Virus record (IMG/VR): IMGVR_UViG_3300045988_026745
DNA length: 62,363 nt
From: a virus
Reading direction: 5' to 3' (one strand)
Every line of letters begins with the position of its first letter. Position 1 is the stretch's first letter. The translations under genes were made by a program, and so were the position numbers. Positions 1 through 8,572 of this stretch are shown here, piece by piece. The notes beneath the pieces were generated by a model. It was given only the letters and a program-made list of their open reading frames with translations, ran no database searches and had not been told where the DNA came from.

Positions 1-55
1 GCAATAACATCATCATCACAATATTCAGCGACTTCAACCCATTTTTCTTGTGGTA
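1..55. repeat. Terminal overlap copy 1 (circular-assembly junction)
   Basis: Bases 1-55 'gcaataacatcatcatcacaatattcagcgacttcaacccatttttcttgtggta' recur exactly as the last 55 bases (62309..62363). Confidence 0.97.
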
Positions 56-2600
56 CTGGCTGATCCCAAGGGAGACCCAATTCATGATGCTTGATGTTCT
101 TCAACATTCGTCTAAGACTATCACTCATTTTTGACGTTGGATCATTTGCTTTGTTTGACATCTCAATCTCAAGTTTCTTAAGGGATTTCTTGTTTCCAGC
201 CGAAGCAAAATCATACACATCAGTATAAGAAAGATTATATGCTTCGCCAAAGAATGCGTTTCTATCTCCAGATATAATTCTTTGAGACAAGTTATAAAGC
301 GCCTCATTGGTATAACCCATCATACATGCATAAATAAGATGATTATCATATCTACGACAGTTGAAACCTACTAATCTAAACTTAACAAGATCCTCAATAT
401 CAGCTGGAGTAGGGTTAATCATTCGTACAACAGGAACGCCTTCGCCAGCAGGTTTCCAGTTAACTAAGAATAAGTTCGGAAATACCTCAATATCATAGAA
501 CACTAAAGGTTTGTCATCATTGTTAACCGGATCAGCAGGTTCTTCAGATTTGAATTTCATCTGAGAAACCTGTTTTAAACATTTGTCTGCCTGGTTCGTA
601 CTACTAGCAGCGAATGCTACAACAGAACCTTTTAAGTCTGATACGTCGTAATTCATCCCACTGTTATATGCGTCTTCAAGAATCTTAAATATAAATGATA
701 CCTCTGGCGCTGTTGCGCCGTGATGCTCTTTATTCAAACACTGTTTAATTGTCGTTCGTAATCCTTTTTCAGATTGAACAACATCTGTATTAATCATTTT
801 CTCCTCCTTTAATGGTAATCCCGAGCCGATAGTAGCGATTGGTAAGTCATTACATTTACTAAGTCTTCGTCTTAACGAACTCTTACCCGTGAATACCTTG
901 ATCTCAATGTCGTCGGAATATATCCTCTTAAGTTTCGTAGGATCACCTGTGTAAATATAATGAAGATGAATACCTGCTCCGCCTTTGCTTACCTCAGCAT
1001 AAGTTGGTGGCCATTTACTAGCAGCTTCGAGATTCTTTTCAAATGACTTGTTACCAGATTCATCTTTGAGATCGAAGTCGATTACTACATGCGTCTCTGG
1101 AATCTTGACATAATGAAGTTTCGATGTGTCAATGTCGGAGAGTTTAGTTGTGACTTTATCCCATGGTTTGAGTGGTGTTTCTTTTTCGCTTGCATATTGG
1201 GCGGGACAGTCTCGGCATTCCTCATCAAATATCGATGATTGCCCCTCTTTAAAATGTATGGTTTGTCTATCTGTCTTTTGTACATCCTCTTTTTCACCCC
1301 CTAATTCTTTCTCGAAAATATCAGTACGGAATCCACTGTATTTATTCTGTATCCTTGAATCTCCATCGATTCTCTCTTCATAATCCCAGAAATAGTTCTT
1401 AAGTTCTTCCTTGAATGTTCTTAGAGAAAATGGGTAAGGTACTTTAGCGTCCTCAGCATACTGTTTATACATTTCATAAGCTGCTTTAAGAGTTGTACTG
1501 TCATGTTTCTTAAACACAGAATATGAATCAATCACAAAGTTATAGAAATCATTTGATGCTCCAAGCATATTTGTAGGAACATAATCGTCATAAGCTCCTG
1601 GATCATCTAAATATACTTCCTTACAATGTTGAGCAATAGCGCCTAACTCGAAGTCTATTTTACTGACAGTTTCCTTATACTCTCGCATTGACAATTTATT
1701 TCCAGATGGTGTCACATCAATAAGACGTCTTAATAAACCTGATTTACCGTCTGTGATCTTTACAGGCTTATTCGTACCCATAAATAAGAAAGCATTGAAT
1801 CTACTAGCGTAAGTAGACTTAAACTTCTCATTTACAGTCATAAGCTCGTGAGATACTAAACTGTTAAGTCTCGTATTATCTTCAATCTTAGACAAGTCAC
1901 CATCATGCTGGATAGCTACAAGCGGATTCGTCTTAAACGCTTCCAAAGCAAAAGAGTTATTACTCGACCCTAATGCTTTTGCATCAAAAACAGAATAATA
2001 ACCCTCAAATAACTTCTGTACAACATTTAAGATTGTCGACTTACCTGTTCCTGCTGAACCATAGAATACCATGAACTTCTGAATATCTTTGGAATCTCCA
2101 GACACAATAGCTCCGATAGCCCACTCTATCTTATGTCTTTCACTGGGAGAATATAAAGTAGAGATAAGCTTATCCCACGCTGATATGTCTCCAGCTTCAA
2201 GTGGGTATGGTAATCTCTTACTAGCATACTGCTTTTTGTCAGTTTTGGTGTTTGAAAATATCAATGTCTCGTCAAGAGGATGATAGTTGTCTCTCATCTG
2301 TTTCTGACAATACTTATGCCAAGAATCAATCGAACCTGTGGAACCATCCCACATGTAAGATATCTTAAGCGTATCTTCTATAGTTTCTTTGTCCACTGCT
2401 GCTTGGATCTCCCTATCTATTAAATCTAAACAATCTTGCTCTTCGGTGGACCAAAGACCTTTGTCTTCGACCCACACAGCATAGAAATCTCCACCTCGTA
2501 TCATAAGGTCTGAAGATTTCCTTATAACAAATTTAGGATAGATTTCTGTAACGCCCTTTTTTGGTTGACGTTTAGAAACCCTTACAAAATCAAGTGGCAT
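1..2600 (-). CDS. Replicase polyprotein, N-terminal and middle parts: SF3 (D5/P4-type) helicase + AEP prim-pol-like domain + start of family-B DNA polymerase exonuclease domain; continues at 62308 across the junction
   Basis: Absent from the ORF track because it runs off base 1. The minus frame (codons on 3k..3k+2) has no stop from ATG 2600..2598 to base 1, with an aaaggagg SD about 11 nt upstream. Hand translation starts MPLDFVRVSKRQ... Helicase motifs: Walker A 'FYGSAGTGKST' (~2030-2065) and 'FMGTNKPVKITDGKSGLLRRL'. AEP-like motifs: 'VVIDFDLKD', 'GGAGIHLHYIY', 'DIEIKV' (~1085-900). Exonuclease motifs: ExoI 'FYDIEVF' (480-500), ExoII 'VGFNCRRYDNHL' (336-371), ExoIII 'YCDDDVIAT' (3-23). Confidence 0.85.
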   Translation of the reverse strand, partial: MPLDFVRVSKRQPKKGVTEIYPKFVIRKSSDLMIRGGDFYAVWVEDKGLWSTEEQDCLDLIDREIQAAVDKETIEDTLKISYMWDGSTGSIDSWHKYCQKQMRDNYHPLDETLIFSNTKTDKKQYASKRLPYPLEAGDISAWDKLISTLYSPSERHKIEWAIGAIVSGDSKDIQKFMVFYGSAGTGKSTILNVVQKLFEGYYSVFDAKALGSSNNSFALEAFKTNPLVAIQHDGDLSKIEDNTRLNSLVSHELMTVNEKFKSTYASRFNAFLFMGTNKPVKITDGKSGLLRRLIDVTPSGNKLSMREYKETVSKIDFELGAIAQHCKEVYLDDPGAYDDYVPTNMLGASNDFYNFVIDSYSVFKKHDSTTLKAAYEMYKQYAEDAKVPYPFSLRTFKEELKNYFWDYEERIDGDSRIQNKYSGFRTDIFEKELGGEKEDVQKTDRQTIHFKEGQSSIFDEECRDCPAQYASEKETPLKPWDKVTTKLSDIDTSKLHYVKIPETHVVIDFDLKDESGNKSFEKNLEAASKWPPTYAEVSKGGAGIHLHYIYTGDPTKLKRIYSDDIEIKVFTGKSSLRRRLSKCNDLPIATIGSGLPLKEEKMINTDVVQSEKGLRTTIKQCLNKEHHGATAPEVSFIFKILEDAYNSGMNYDVSDLKGSVVAFAASSTNQADKCLKQVSQMKFKSEEPADPVNNDDKPLVFYDIEVFPNLFLVNWKPAGEGVPVVRMINPTPADIEDLVKFRLVGFNCRRYDNHLIYACMMGYTNEALYNLSQRIISGDRNAFFGEAYNLSYTDVYDFASAGNKKSLKKLEIEMSNKANDPTSKMSDSLRRMLKNIKHHELGLPWDQPVPQEKWVEVAEYCDDDVI
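795..810 (-). promoter_or_regulatory. In-frame internal SD + ATG inside the replicase ORF (possible separate start for a polymerase-only product)
   Basis: The minus strand reads 'aaaggaggagaaaATGattaataca'. ATG 797..795 is in the replicase frame and lies between the AEP-like domain and ExoI. Confidence 0.4.
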
Positions 2601-2618
2601 TACATCATTTGTCCTCCT

Positions 2619-3170
2619 TTATGAAATAGAATCAAGATACCAACAGAGCTGTGTCCAAATATCAACGTCTCTAAGATCTCCGTCGAATCCGCGAATAGTG
2701 AATAGACCTCCTTTACCGTCTGGTTGATAACTTCTGTTTAATAATCTTGATACAATAATATACGCCTCATCTTTATTAAAATGCTCGTCATCCATATTAC
2801 CTAACCCAAGGCTGTTAATCATTCCCCAGAACCATTGTCCTGTTCTGTCTCCATAAGCAGCATCGTCCATAATAGTTTGCTCACATCTTATAGCTAAAGC
2901 AATCATCATTTCTAATACAGTACAAGGTCCCTCTAAGAAAAGAGCAATCTCACGATAATTATCTTTCTCACCAATATCACAAGCAAATTTCCATCTTAGA
3001 TTAACACCGTCGAGTTCTCGGTTAATATCTTGATGTATAACGCTAACGAATTTTACAGTATGCAAATACATCAAAAGTTTTCTGTATGAAATATCATCTG
3101 AAAATCTATCTTGTGAGACCTTGTCATACATCCAATCGAAGTAATAGTTTATAATGTTGTTACCATCCAT
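2619..3170 (-). CDS. Hypothetical protein (183 aa)
   Basis: ORF track. It ends 18 nt upstream of the replicase start and overlaps the upstream gene's stop in the co-directional array. Confidence 0.75.
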   Translation of the reverse strand: MDGNNIINYYFDWMYDKVSQDRFSDDISYRKLLMYLHTVKFVSVIHQDINRELDGVNLRWKFACDIGEKDNYREIALFLEGPCTVLEMMIALAIRCEQTIMDDAAYGDRTGQWFWGMINSLGLGNMDDEHFNKDEAYIIVSRLLNRSYQPDGKGGLFTIRGFDGDLRDVDIWTQLCWYLDSIS

Positions 3171-3757
3171 TATTTAACCCTCTCTTCTGGATACTTATCA
3201 TAGTATTTTGCATAATCTTTAAGGATTTCGAAGTCAGTTTTAAGATCATCATTACGGACAAATACTGAATCATCTTCATACTCACCGAAATGTGTCAAAG
3301 CATCACTACCGACTAAACGTTCAATATCCTCTATTGGATTATCATACTCGTCTGTTAATACACCGTCTGAATAATATGTCAGACTTTCTGTTTCATATTC
3401 ATTGTTTTCACTAAACTCATCTGGTGAAATTACATATGGCTCACTCATGTCATCTTCCTCCTTTTCTTTCTTTGTTGAATAATTTGTATAACCATTTGTG
3501 CTGATTTTTTCTTTTAATTTATCAAGCTCTTCTTCTGAAGGTTCGTATTCTTCCTCATCTTTACCTTCTTCTGAAATATCAGCAGCATCGTCAACTGGGT
3601 TTACTTCTTCACGATGTCCTCTTCCGAAGACTTCTTTAACTGAAGCGATTTCTTCATCTGCAATCTTCTTATACTTAGTCTCTACGAATTTCCAAGTAAC
3701 TGCGGAGCCTAAAGCGGCCCCAGCAGCAAATATAAATACTTTACTCAATGCATTCAT
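3170..3757 (-). CDS. Membrane-anchored acidic protein (195 aa)
   Basis: ORF track. N-terminal hydrophobic helix 'VFIFAAGAALGSAVTW' followed by a D/E-rich region. Confidence 0.7.
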   Translation of the reverse strand: MNALSKVFIFAAGAALGSAVTWKFVETKYKKIADEEIASVKEVFGRGHREEVNPVDDAADISEEGKDEEEYEPSEEELDKLKEKISTNGYTNYSTKKEKEEDDMSEPYVISPDEFSENNEYETESLTYYSDGVLTDEYDNPIEDIERLVGSDALTHFGEYEDDSVFVRNDDLKTDFEILKDYAKYYDKYPEERVK

Positions 3758-3908
3758 GTTTCTCCTCCTGTTTCAATGTCATGACGGTTATTGCTAAACC
3801 GCCAAATAAGAAAGAGATGCTCATAAGAATCCCTCCGGCTATATGCCTTTTCTTTTTCGTACTTAAAGCACTATCTAAACTATATAAGATTCTCTCGAGC
3901 GTCTCCAT
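3741..3908 (-). CDS. Small membrane peptide (55 aa), hand-called
   Basis: ATG 3908..3906 follows 'ggagacaagtaaat'. Translation: METLERILYSLDSALSTKKKRHIAGGILMSISFLFGGLAITVMTLKQEEKHECIE. Below the track's 60-aa cut-off. Confidence 0.4.
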   Translation of the reverse strand: METLERILYSLDSALSTKKKRHIAGGILMSISFLFGGLAITVMTLKQEEKHECIE

Positions 3909-4007
3909 ATTTACTTGTCTCCTTTATTTGGTTAAGATTTTAAGTCCACTGACAAAACAGACACTAGCAACTGTCGCTAAAACAATAGATAACTTTTCAT
4001 TCATTAT

Positions 4008-4250
4008 TCATCTCTCCCGGTTAACATAGAATGGGTTCGGCTGTGAATCTAAAATATAAATCTTTTCTTTTATTTTAGTTCCTTTGATTCTGCCGATTTC
4101 AAAAAGCGTTTTGACTGTGGCTTCCCCAGCGTTCCATTTAACAGCTGCCTCTTCAATAGTAATCAATCCTGGGATGTTATCATTCTCAAATATAACCTCA
4201 TCCTCAAGATGATTTTGAAGAATGAATATAATTAACTCTCGTCCAGTCAT
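4008..4250 (-). CDS. Small HTH-like protein (80 aa)
   Basis: Track ORF 4008..4271. I prefer ATG 4250 because 'gagaggaggtgatctt' precedes it. Possible HTH: 'ITIEEAAVKWNAGEATVKTLFEIGRIKG'. Confidence 0.6.
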   Translation of the reverse strand: MTGRELIIFILQNHLEDEVIFENDNIPGLITIEEAAVKWNAGEATVKTLFEIGRIKGTKIKEKIYILDSQPNPFYVNRER

Positions 4251-4321
4251 AAGATCACCTCCTCTCACCAATTGTAGTCATACATATCTCGATACGAATT
4301 ACCAGTACCGAGCCCTATCAT

Positions 4322-5251
4322 TCACATGAGATTAAGGATGTTTCCATCAACATTGAAGTCAAGTAAGATTGTTCTTTCATATCCATTTACAAAGTCTCTG
4401 TTTTTAACTTTGTTAGAATCAAATATACCGAAGTCTACATAGTTGTCACCGATAGGATTCTTTTCATCATAAATCCAACCTACAATCTGGCCTGCTTTAG
4501 TACGAGGAATACCAAGCATGTCGTATACTTCATTTAAGTATAAATATCCGTTAGCTTTTAACTTGTCGTCTGCAAATGCCTGCTGTTTGAGAAGAAAAGC
4601 TAAATTAAGTTCTGGATCTTTTGTCCACCCAGTACAACCATCATCAAAGAATTTAGCAAACTCGCTAACGTCATTAGCTACATCAATTGTTTTCTTAATA
4701 GTTTTCTCTTTTCCTGTTTTTTCATCAACAATAGTTTCTTCAACTTCCTCTTTCTTAATGTTGTAACGAAGCTCACGATCAAGATCTTTACCAAATCTTT
4801 CAACAACACGTCCACGATAATCTTTGAATGATTTATCTACTGCCGTATATGCTGCTGCGATTGCAATGTTACGTTTACGCATAATATTGTTGGATGTCAG
4901 GATAGCTGTAATAGACAGACCACCAAGCACAATAGATGGACCGTAAAGTTTGAGAAGTTTCACTGCTGTCTGGGTATAAACAATAGTCAAATCTTTCTTA
5001 CCATCTTCTTCTGTGTATTCTTCTGGAAGATTTTCTGGATGTTCCATAGCTTCGTGAATTTTATCAACCTGCTCTTTAGATTCTTCTAAAATATCATTTA
5101 ATTTAGTAGTAGCTTTACAAGCCATTACAGCACTTGTTACAGCGCCAGCAACTCCAGCTACAATTAAGATTTCAGGACTATGTTTTTTAAGCTGGAATCC
5201 TGCTTTGTTTAATCCTCTAGTTACTTTAGTTGTAATATCAAACTTCTTCAT
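4322..5251 (-). CDS. Membrane-hairpin protein, paralogue 1 of 3 (309 aa)
   Basis: Shares three elements with 6780..7547 and 7799..8572: an N-terminal 'KHSPEIL..G.AG......A.KAT.K' helix, a second hydrophobic helix and a C-terminal 'YLNE.Y..LG......G...GW' motif. Confidence 0.8.
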   Translation of the reverse strand: MKKFDITTKVTRGLNKAGFQLKKHSPEILIVAGVAGAVTSAVMACKATTKLNDILEESKEQVDKIHEAMEHPENLPEEYTEEDGKKDLTIVYTQTAVKLLKLYGPSIVLGGLSITAILTSNNIMRKRNIAIAAAYTAVDKSFKDYRGRVVERFGKDLDRELRYNIKKEEVEETIVDEKTGKEKTIKKTIDVANDVSEFAKFFDDGCTGWTKDPELNLAFLLKQQAFADDKLKANGYLYLNEVYDMLGIPRTKAGQIVGWIYDEKNPIGDNYVDFGIFDSNKVKNRDFVNGYERTILLDFNVDGNILNLM

Positions 5252-5253
5252 AA

Positions 5254-5541
5254 TTAATTCTCCTTTTCTAATTCTTCTGGGTGTTTAAGTGTGTTATTAC
5301 ACGGACTCTTAGGTGGTCTGTTTCCTTCAACTTTCTTAATAAGATGATTTAAGTACCACTGAGCTTTCTTCAAATCTTCAAGCTCGTTTTTATGTTTCCA
5401 GCGACAAATATACTTGATAATGTTACCTGTATCGGTCGCTTCAATTCCTTTAAGATCAGATGTGAATGCTTCGATTACATCAATCACTTCAATCCCTGAA
5501 TCTGAAATATAATGTTCAGGATGATTCACCATATCTTTCAT
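5254..5541 (-). CDS. DUF3310-like protein (95 aa)
   Basis: 'VNHPEHYISDSGIEVIDVIEAF...GNIIKYICRWKHKNELEDLKKAQWYLNHLI' matches the DUF3310/SaV-like pattern as I remember it. Confidence 0.6.
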   Translation of the reverse strand: MKDMVNHPEHYISDSGIEVIDVIEAFTSDLKGIEATDTGNIIKYICRWKHKNELEDLKKAQWYLNHLIKKVEGNRPPKSPCNNTLKHPEELEKEN

Positions 5542-5551
5542 TTCTAACCTC

Positions 5552-6163
5552 CTAATCTATTGCTTTAGGTCTCGGCAATTTAATCATATATCCATCACGA
5601 ACACGAACTACTTCTGCTGAACGAAGTGTTGTCCATCCGTATTTATTGTCGGTATAGTTACCCGTGATACCAACTAAATCATACATGTCAGCAACACTAG
5701 CAATCCCATACTTATCAATAAGCTCATCCATTCTTTCAAGAACTTCTTCAGCTTCACCACGACTATCTAGAACTATATCGTCGTAATTATATCCAGCTCT
5801 TGTTCGGTTCGATGTATAACGGTCATCTCGTCTATCTTTACTAGAATAGTCTCTGTACGAAACATAATTAGCATTAGATGATCGTTTACGACCTTTTGAT
5901 TCACCATAAAGAATCATTCCGATTCCATCTGTAACTACATCATCAATTGCCTTCTTCATAGCCGGAACAATAATCTCCATGAAAATATGAGATTTTACAT
6001 CAGCTACGTCAGAAGACACAAAGACATCAGCAAATTTTGTCACGCCACTCTTTTTTCTCTTCTTAACTTTTCCGCTAACAACTTTTTCAACTTTCTTTTT
6101 TTCACTAGGTGAATTCTGTTCTTCTTTATATTTATGGCTGTTTGGTTTGTAATCCATATCCAT
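5552..6163 (-). CDS. Hypothetical protein (203 aa), basic N-terminus
   Basis: ORF track. Sits in the tightly packed minus-strand array. Confidence 0.7.
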   Translation of the reverse strand: MDMDYKPNSHKYKEEQNSPSEKKKVEKVVSGKVKKRKKSGVTKFADVFVSSDVADVKSHIFMEIIVPAMKKAIDDVVTDGIGMILYGESKGRKRSSNANYVSYRDYSSKDRRDDRYTSNRTRAGYNYDDIVLDSRGEAEEVLERMDELIDKYGIASVADMYDLVGITGNYTDNKYGWTTLRSAEVVRVRDGYMIKLPRPKAID

Positions 6164-6177
6164 TTTTTGAGCCTCCT

Positions 6178-6372
6178 TTAATCAATAATCTCAAGTTCAC
6201 CAGGAACGATTATCTTTGTTCTAGGCGTTCTATTTGTAGCTTGTTTGAACTGGTAAGCTAAGTTACTTCTAGCTTTTCGTTCTGACGAAGCTATAGTTTC
6301 ACCTCTCCAATGCTCTGCAACAAGTCTACTGAACTCAAGCACCGGTCCTTCATAAAAATATCTATGATCCAT
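6178..6372 (-). CDS. Hypothetical protein (64 aa)
   Basis: Track ORF 6178..6402. I prefer ATG 6372 (MDHRYFYEGP...) after 'ttggaggaatgcc'. The longer version would overlap the upstream terminator. Confidence 0.55.
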   Translation of the reverse strand: MDHRYFYEGPVLEFSRLVAEHWRGETIASSERKARSNLAYQFKQATNRTPRTKIIVPGELEIID

Positions 6373-6383
6373 GGCATTCCTCC

Positions 6384-6420
6384 AAAACAAAAAGAGAAAC
6401 ACCTTGTTACAGGTGCTTCC
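6384..6420 (-). terminator. Intrinsic terminator after 6441..6710
   Basis: Minus strand: GAAGCACCT-GTAACA-AGGTGTTTC hairpin followed by TCTTTTTGTTTT. Confidence 0.6.
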
Positions 6421-6440
6421 CTTCTGGGAATATAAATTCC

Positions 6441-6710
6441 TTAGAATTCAGTTACTTCAACTCCATCAGATTCTGCAACGTCTTTGATTGTATCGCTGAT
6501 CGTTTCTGAAACACTGTCGTCGTTTTTATGTCCCATAACATAACCCACTGCTAAGCCTACTGCAACACCTGCTACGATTTTCATAGCTGGCTTCCAATAT
6601 TTCTTAACTCCAGATTTTGCTTTGTCCATAAAAGTTTCAACTTCCTGTTCTTCAGTTACTTCAACATCGATAGTTTCCTCGTTTACGTTGTTTTCCATTT
6701 CTTTTTTCAT
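6441..6710 (-). CDS. Acidic protein with one TM helix (89 aa)
   Basis: ORF track. Hydrophobic helix 'IVAGVAVGLAVGYVMG'. A promoter-like module lies 40-70 nt upstream. Confidence 0.7.
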   Translation of the reverse strand: MKKEMENNVNEETIDVEVTEEQEVETFMDKAKSGVKKYWKPAMKIVAGVAVGLAVGYVMGHKNDDSVSETISDTIKDVAESDGVEVTEF

Positions 6711-6748
6711 TTTAAGTTTCTCCTTTCATATTAAGAAAATTTATTATT

Positions 6749-6780
6749 CTTCCATTAAAGCGCATGTAATTTTTGCGAAT
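6749..6780 (-). promoter_or_regulatory. Conserved promoter-like module, copy 1
   Basis: Minus strand: ATTCGCAAAAATTACATGCGCTTTAATGGAAG. Consensus of at least 11 copies: aTTCGCGAAAAwTACATGnnCTTTAATGAGAG. Confidence 0.45.
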
Positions 6781-7547
6781 TAATATACAAATTTATGATA
6801 GTCATATCTTGGTGCTATCTCATATTCAATATAAATACACGGTCTTCCGTCGTCTGTAATTTGAGATGAGAAGTCAATCTCTATCTGGCCTTCATTCATG
6901 TTCCAACCCAACTCCTCACTAAGACTTGTCGGTGATAAACCAATCTCACTGTAGAATTCTGTCAACGATACACTCATTTCATTAAGTAATCGTCGGTTTA
7001 TCGTATTTACTGCTTTTTCGATAGTGTTCATATCGGACTTAAAATATCGTCCTGATATAGAATCGCAGAAAAGACTTTCTCCTTTGTCTGTTATAATCAC
7101 TTCAGACTTAGTTACAGGATTCTTTTCCATTTTATCTTTAGCGATAGCAGATCTAATGTCTTTTGCTTTCTCTTCGCCAACGGTTTCAATAACTTTCTCC
7201 TTATACTCAGCAAGAGCTGTTTCGGATAATTTATAAGCTGTAGCGAGAGCTGCTTTTCTTCTAAGATTTACTGAGTTTGCTCCTATAAGACATCCCACTG
7301 ATGCTACTCCAAGAAGAGTTGCTGGAATATAACATTTCCATGTTACTTTTACTTTCTCTGGAACAGTAAGATCTTCTTCCTTGTCATATCGAGCATCCTC
7401 CATAAGTTTCAGAGCCTTTGGTGTTGCTTTTACAGCAAGTACAGTAGTGGTAATCATACCGGCAATACCTATTCCTGTAAGAATTTCAGGACTATGTTTT
7501 GATGCAGTATTTCTAGCTGCTTTGAAAAATACACTTAATTTACTCAT
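6780..7547 (-). CDS. Membrane-hairpin protein, paralogue 2 of 3 (255 aa)
   Basis: 'SKHSPEILTGIGIAGMITTTVLAVKATPKALKLMEDA' closely matches paralogue 3 ('...VVATTITAVKATPKALRLIEEA'). C-terminal motif: 'LTEFYSEIGL...LGW'. Confidence 0.8.
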   Translation of the reverse strand: MSKLSVFFKAARNTASKHSPEILTGIGIAGMITTTVLAVKATPKALKLMEDARYDKEEDLTVPEKVKVTWKCYIPATLLGVASVGCLIGANSVNLRRKAALATAYKLSETALAEYKEKVIETVGEEKAKDIRSAIAKDKMEKNPVTKSEVIITDKGESLFCDSISGRYFKSDMNTIEKAVNTINRRLLNEMSVSLTEFYSEIGLSPTSLSEELGWNMNEGQIEIDFSSQITDDGRPCIYIEYEIAPRYDYHKFVY

Positions 7548-7604
7548 TGTTTTCTCCCTTCATATAAGCGTGATTTGAAAATATAACAAAAAGAAAGAGT
7601 CCAA

Positions 7605-7751
7605 TCAGGACCCTCTCTTCATTTGTTTAGCGACCTCCTTCGCAATTTTTTCATTCAGATCTTTGTCAGCAAAGTAGTTAGCTGCAATTGGTACTGCAAC
7701 CCCCAATACTTTGACCGCCACTTTAGCTGCTTTCATAATCGTTGCGTTCAT
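7605..7751 (-). CDS. Small membrane peptide (48 aa)
   Basis: Track ORF 7605..7802. I prefer ATG 7751 after 'gaaaggagacgattat'. Starts MNATIMKAAKVAVKVLGVAVPIAANYF... Confidence 0.5.
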   Translation of the reverse strand: MNATIMKAAKVAVKVLGVAVPIAANYFADKDLNEKIAKEVAKQMKRGS

Positions 7752-7766
7752 ATAATCGTCTCCTTT

Positions 7767-7797
7767 CTTCATAATAGGAGTTGTTTTTTTTGCGAAT
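7767..7797 (-). promoter_or_regulatory. Conserved promoter-like module, copy 2 (degenerate)
   Basis: Minus strand: ATTCGCAAAAAAAACAACTCCTATTATGAAG. Confidence 0.35.
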
Positions 7798-7798
7798 A

Positions 7799-8572
7799 TC
7801 AATAACGTTCTAAGAAATCATAAGTAGGCTCAAATGGCATTTCAATAATATAAACATCTTTACCTTCCTCAGATTCCAATTTTCTATGATTGAAGTCAAT
7901 CCAGTACATGCCATCATCGTTAGGAGCCCAACCTAGAACAGATCCATAGTCGGTCTCTTCGATACCAAGAAACTCATAGAATTCATTCAAGTAAGAATAT
8001 CCTCTTAAAATATAATTCCTATTCAAGTGATATTCGGCTGTTAAGACTTGTTCAATAGTAGATTCAAAATATCTACCTGAGTGTTCGTCATAGAATACTT
8101 GTGGTTCGCCATTATTCTCCTCTAACGCTAGATCACAATTAGTTCCTAAATATGATCCTCGTACACCAACGTCCTCAGCCTTCTCAATAGCAATTGCTTC
8201 TCGGACCTCTTGATCTACTTCTTCGCCATAAAGTTCCTTTAGCTTTCTTCGATAATCTTTGTATGATTGATCTACAAGAGCGTATGCACTCATTAGAGCT
8301 GCTTGCTGGCGTTGGTTTAGGATATGCGCACCGAATACACAAACGAGCGTCGATATACCAAGTCCAACCGTAGGGATATAAGTCGGTCCTGCTGTTTTTA
8401 CTTTTTCCCATTTCGTTAATCGTTCTCCTTTCTTTTGTTCGGCTTCTTCAATTAAACGAAGAGCTTTTGGTGTTGCTTTTACTGCTGTGATTGTTGTAGC
8501 TACTACCCCAACGCCTCCTAAACAAGTTAAAATAGTTGAAGCATTGTGTTTGATGAATAGTCGCGAATTCAT
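7799..8572 (-). CDS. Membrane-hairpin protein, paralogue 3 of 3 (257 aa)
   Basis: See 4322..5251. C-terminal motif: 'YLNEFYEFLGIEETDYGSVLGW'. A structured leader (8603..8729) precedes it. Confidence 0.8.
   Translation of the reverse strand: MNSRLFIKHNASTILTCLGGVGVVATTITAVKATPKALRLIEEAEQKKGERLTKWEKVKTAGPTYIPTVGLGISTLVCVFGAHILNQRQQAALMSAYALVDQSYKDYRRKLKELYGEEVDQEVREAIAIEKAEDVGVRGSYLGTNCDLALEENNGEPQVFYDEHSGRYFESTIEQVLTAEYHLNRNYILRGYSYLNEFYEFLGIEETDYGSVLGWAPNDDGMYWIDFNHRKLESEEGKDVYIIEMPFEPTYDFLERY

Noticed and set aside
125-2283. An apparent ORF desert at 1..2600. The track lists only four short ORFs here (125..307-, 1085..1297-, 1126..1383+, 2089..2283+). I considered non-coding DNA or stop-codon reassignment.
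   Set aside because: One minus-strand frame is completely open from 2600 to base 1 and encodes recognisable helicase, primase and polymerase motifs. The track omits it only because it has no stop inside the window. The four short ORFs are out-of-frame shadows.
8184-8411. Nested same-strand ORFs. Examples are 8184..8411, 14904..15116, 18804..19055, 19916..20224, 34683..34865, 35312..35527 and 54655..54906.
   Set aside because: They are alternative frames entirely inside longer, better-supported genes, with no independent translation signals.
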